The translations under genes and the position numbers were made by a program. This document shows, piece by piece, positions 62,153 through 64,000 of a DNA stretch of 64,000 bases. This stretch comes from Promethearchaeia archaeon (GTDB taxonomy: Archaea > Asgardarchaeota > Lokiarchaeia > Sigyniarchaeales > SOKP01): positions 86,516 through 150,515 of the forward strand of contig JAHQWK010000019.1 of NCBI GenBank assembly GCA_029856145.1, read 5' to 3'. Position 1 is the first letter of the stretch; the number at the start of each line of letters is the position of its first letter. The notes under the pieces were generated by a model. It was not told where the DNA came from. It saw only the letters and a list, made by a program, of their open reading frames with translations, and searched no databases.

Positions 62153-64000
62153 TTGTATTTCTTCCTCCTTATCATTTCGATAAAAGATTCTACTCTTGTA
62201 GTTATTTGAGACTCTCCAGTGTGTTCATCTAATGTGAGATCAATATAAGGCTTATCTTTCTTGTCAAAATCCTGCATTACCAATTCTTGAATTAAAGAAT
62301 CAGGACCACATGCAAAAGAAATCAAGAAAATACCCCCATCAATCTCTTCATTATTGATAACGTAATCAGATAATTGCAACAATTCATCCTCATTATCCCA
62401 GAAATTGACAAGATTATCATCAATTTCAACCCTGTTTGAGAAGATTGCCTTTGGAGCATTTTCAACAGTAATAACATCAACAAAATTGGATTTGAGGATG
62501 TCCATTAATCCATGATTAATAATTGATTCATAAGTATTGTATGGATGACCAAGAACCATTAATTTAAGTGGATAATTTTCATAATCTTTGTTAAGTTTAG
62601 GTCGAAATCTTTTCTTAAACTTATAATTTGGATATTTTTCAAAAGGATACATTTTTAAAAGTGCATCAGGAACAATAATTCCATCCCCAATCAACTCATG
62701 GAATTCTTCAAGCTTTTTTTTTCCATTCTCATACGCAAGTTTTACTTGTTCTTTTGATTTATCTAATTTTTTTCCAAAATCTATTGCTGATTTCAGAACA
62801 GATTTTTCCCTGGCATTAAAAATCCATTCAATAACGGGAATATTAGAAACTGCTGAGTGTTGAGTGACATCAGGAAGGATCAGGAATTTCGGACAATAAT
62901 AATGATCATTACTATTACTAATGAGTCTTGGAACAAATATAAAATCTAGATCGGGGTGATTTCTCGATAAATAATTCACATGACCATAATGAATCTTGAC
63001 TGGAATGCATAAATCGGTTGCAGATTGATTAGATCCGTTGGTAAGAATTTCTTTGTTTGTTTCTGGACTCACAATAACTTCGCAACCAAGACTTGTAAGC
63101 ATTCCTTCCCATAATGGAAAATACTTGTAGAAATACAGGGAACGTGGTATACCTACCTTCAATCTTCTCGTCTTTTCAGTCTTTTTCTTATAATTCGTCT
63201 TTTCGTACAAGTTTCGAAATAGGTTCTTGGGATCCGTTCGTTCTTTCACTTTATCGTATAATTTCTTGTTATATATCTTCCAGAACAAGTCTTCCTCGTA
63301 GAAATTGTGAGTTATCAGGGTTTTCATTCCCTTGAGTTCATGAACCTTTTCTTCTAGCGCTTTATAGAAGTTAAATCCCTTTCTTTTTTGCTCGAACCCG
63401 TAGATGGCAAAATCTATGAATAGCTCATCCTCGATGGACGCGAACATGTCTTGATTGAGCCATGGGTAGAACTTGTACCCATCTAGTTTGTTTTTTTGCA
63501 TGCGGTAAGGGACAATCCAAACCGGGAAGTAATCAAATACCTCCAGGTACCAATTGAAAAATTCTTCCGCGTGAGTGATTGGTATGAATACATCAACAAT
63601 CACATCTGGTTCTCCCCCCTTCTTAGTTAAAAATGGCAATCGTTCGCTGATCTTAAGAATATTTGTCGATCCAAGTATAAAAGGCCCTACTAACCACCGG
63701 GCTACTTTATTTTCAAAAATTCCTCCAGCAACATTCCGTATCGACCAGTGGCAATCTGCGTCATACCTGAAAAAATAATCTATGGTGGAGAGGTAGTCTT
63801 GCTTTCTTTTCATCGCACTTTTGTAATAAATATCGTAGAAATATTTACTCTTGTAAGGAGCTTCCTCCTCATTAACGAAGCTGGCAACGCAGAGTACGTT
63901 CATATTCTCGGAGAAGATAAGCCCGTCCATCATTTCAATATCCTGCTTTTCGTAGTGTTGCTTGATAGCTTCCATGTATTCACTAAAAGTATCGTAACGG
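62149..64000 (-). CDS. FAD oxidoreductase (DHCR24/TmsA-like, N-terminus outside the window) in frame with a DUF2229-like activase-associated subunit (62149-63162)
   Basis: Frame is open to the window edge. FAD part: DYFFRYD, DVFIP, PVWIVP, LEEKV, KERTDP.NLF.NLYEK. Then KVGIPRSL, DLCIPVKIHYGHV, YCPKF, LGHPYN, FACGPDS and DEHTGE...TRVESF. Confidence 0.8.
   Translation of the reverse strand, partial: RYDTFSEYMEAIKQHYEKQDIEMMDGLIFSENMNVLCVASFVNEEEAPYKSKYFYDIYYKSAMKRKQDYLSTIDYFFRYDADCHWSIRNVAGGIFENKVARWLVGPFILGSTNILKISERLPFLTKKGGEPDVIVDVFIPITHAEEFFNWYLEVFDYFPVWIVPYRMQKNKLDGYKFYPWLNQDMFASIEDELFIDFAIYGFEQKRKGFNFYKALEEKVHELKGMKTLITHNFYEEDLFWKIYNKKLYDKVKERTDPKNLFRNLYEKTNYKKKTEKTRRLKVGIPRSLYFYKYFPLWEGMLTSLGCEVIVSPETNKEILTNGSNQSATDLCIPVKIHYGHVNYLSRNHPDLDFIFVPRLISNSNDHYYCPKFLILPDVTQHSAVSNIPVIEWIFNAREKSVLKSAIDFGKKLDKSKEQVKLAYENGKKKLEEFHELIGDGIIVPDALLKMYPFEKYPNYKFKKRFRPKLNKDYENYPLKLMVLGHPYNTYESIINHGLMDILKSNFVDVITVENAPKAIFSNRVEIDDNLVNFWDNEDELLQLSDYVINNEEIDGGIFLISFACGPDSLIQELVMQDFDKKDKPYIDLTLDEHTGESQITTRVESFIEMIRRKKYN

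Noticed and set aside
1-64000. Selenocysteine/pyrrolysine read-through, CRISPR arrays, tRNA/rRNA genes, transposases
   Set aside because: No in-frame TGA/TAG interrupting a recognisable domain apart from the frameshift at 61028. No repeat-spacer arrays, structured GC-rich RNA genes or transposase motifs were seen by eye; a covariance-model scan would be needed to be certain.

Overview
AT-rich archaeal chromosome segment. The gene content (single-domain gelsolin, longin-like proteins, a Rab-like pseudo-GTPase, SIR2-TPR, RHH-HisKA-REC, 7TM proteins, GAGGTGA Shine-Dalgarno sites) points to an Asgard archaeon, most likely Lokiarchaeia; this is inferred, not searched. From left to right: a uvrD-nurA-herA-mre11-rad50 repair cluster (rad50 runs off the left edge), catalase with a divergent PerR-like regulator and a 7-1-7 operator, mixed housekeeping and Asgard-type genes, a corrinoid/MT2 pair, and a signalling block (longins, histidine kinase, RHH-REC, MCP). 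At the right end lies the most striking locus. It is a minus-strand cluster of two ASKHA [4Fe-4S] activases, two dehydratase/reductase-like subunits (one frameshifted at a G5 run), a DUF2229-like subunit in frame with a DHCR24/TmsA-like FAD oxidoreductase, a 64-aa peptide and a motif-degenerate PlsC-like acyltransferase. Together these resemble a split bacterial plasmalogen synthase / glycerol-ester reductase (PlsA/Ger) system. At least four genes appear to start at CTG/ATT codons behind Shine-Dalgarno-like sites. I saw no rRNA, tRNA, CRISPR array or intact mobile element.
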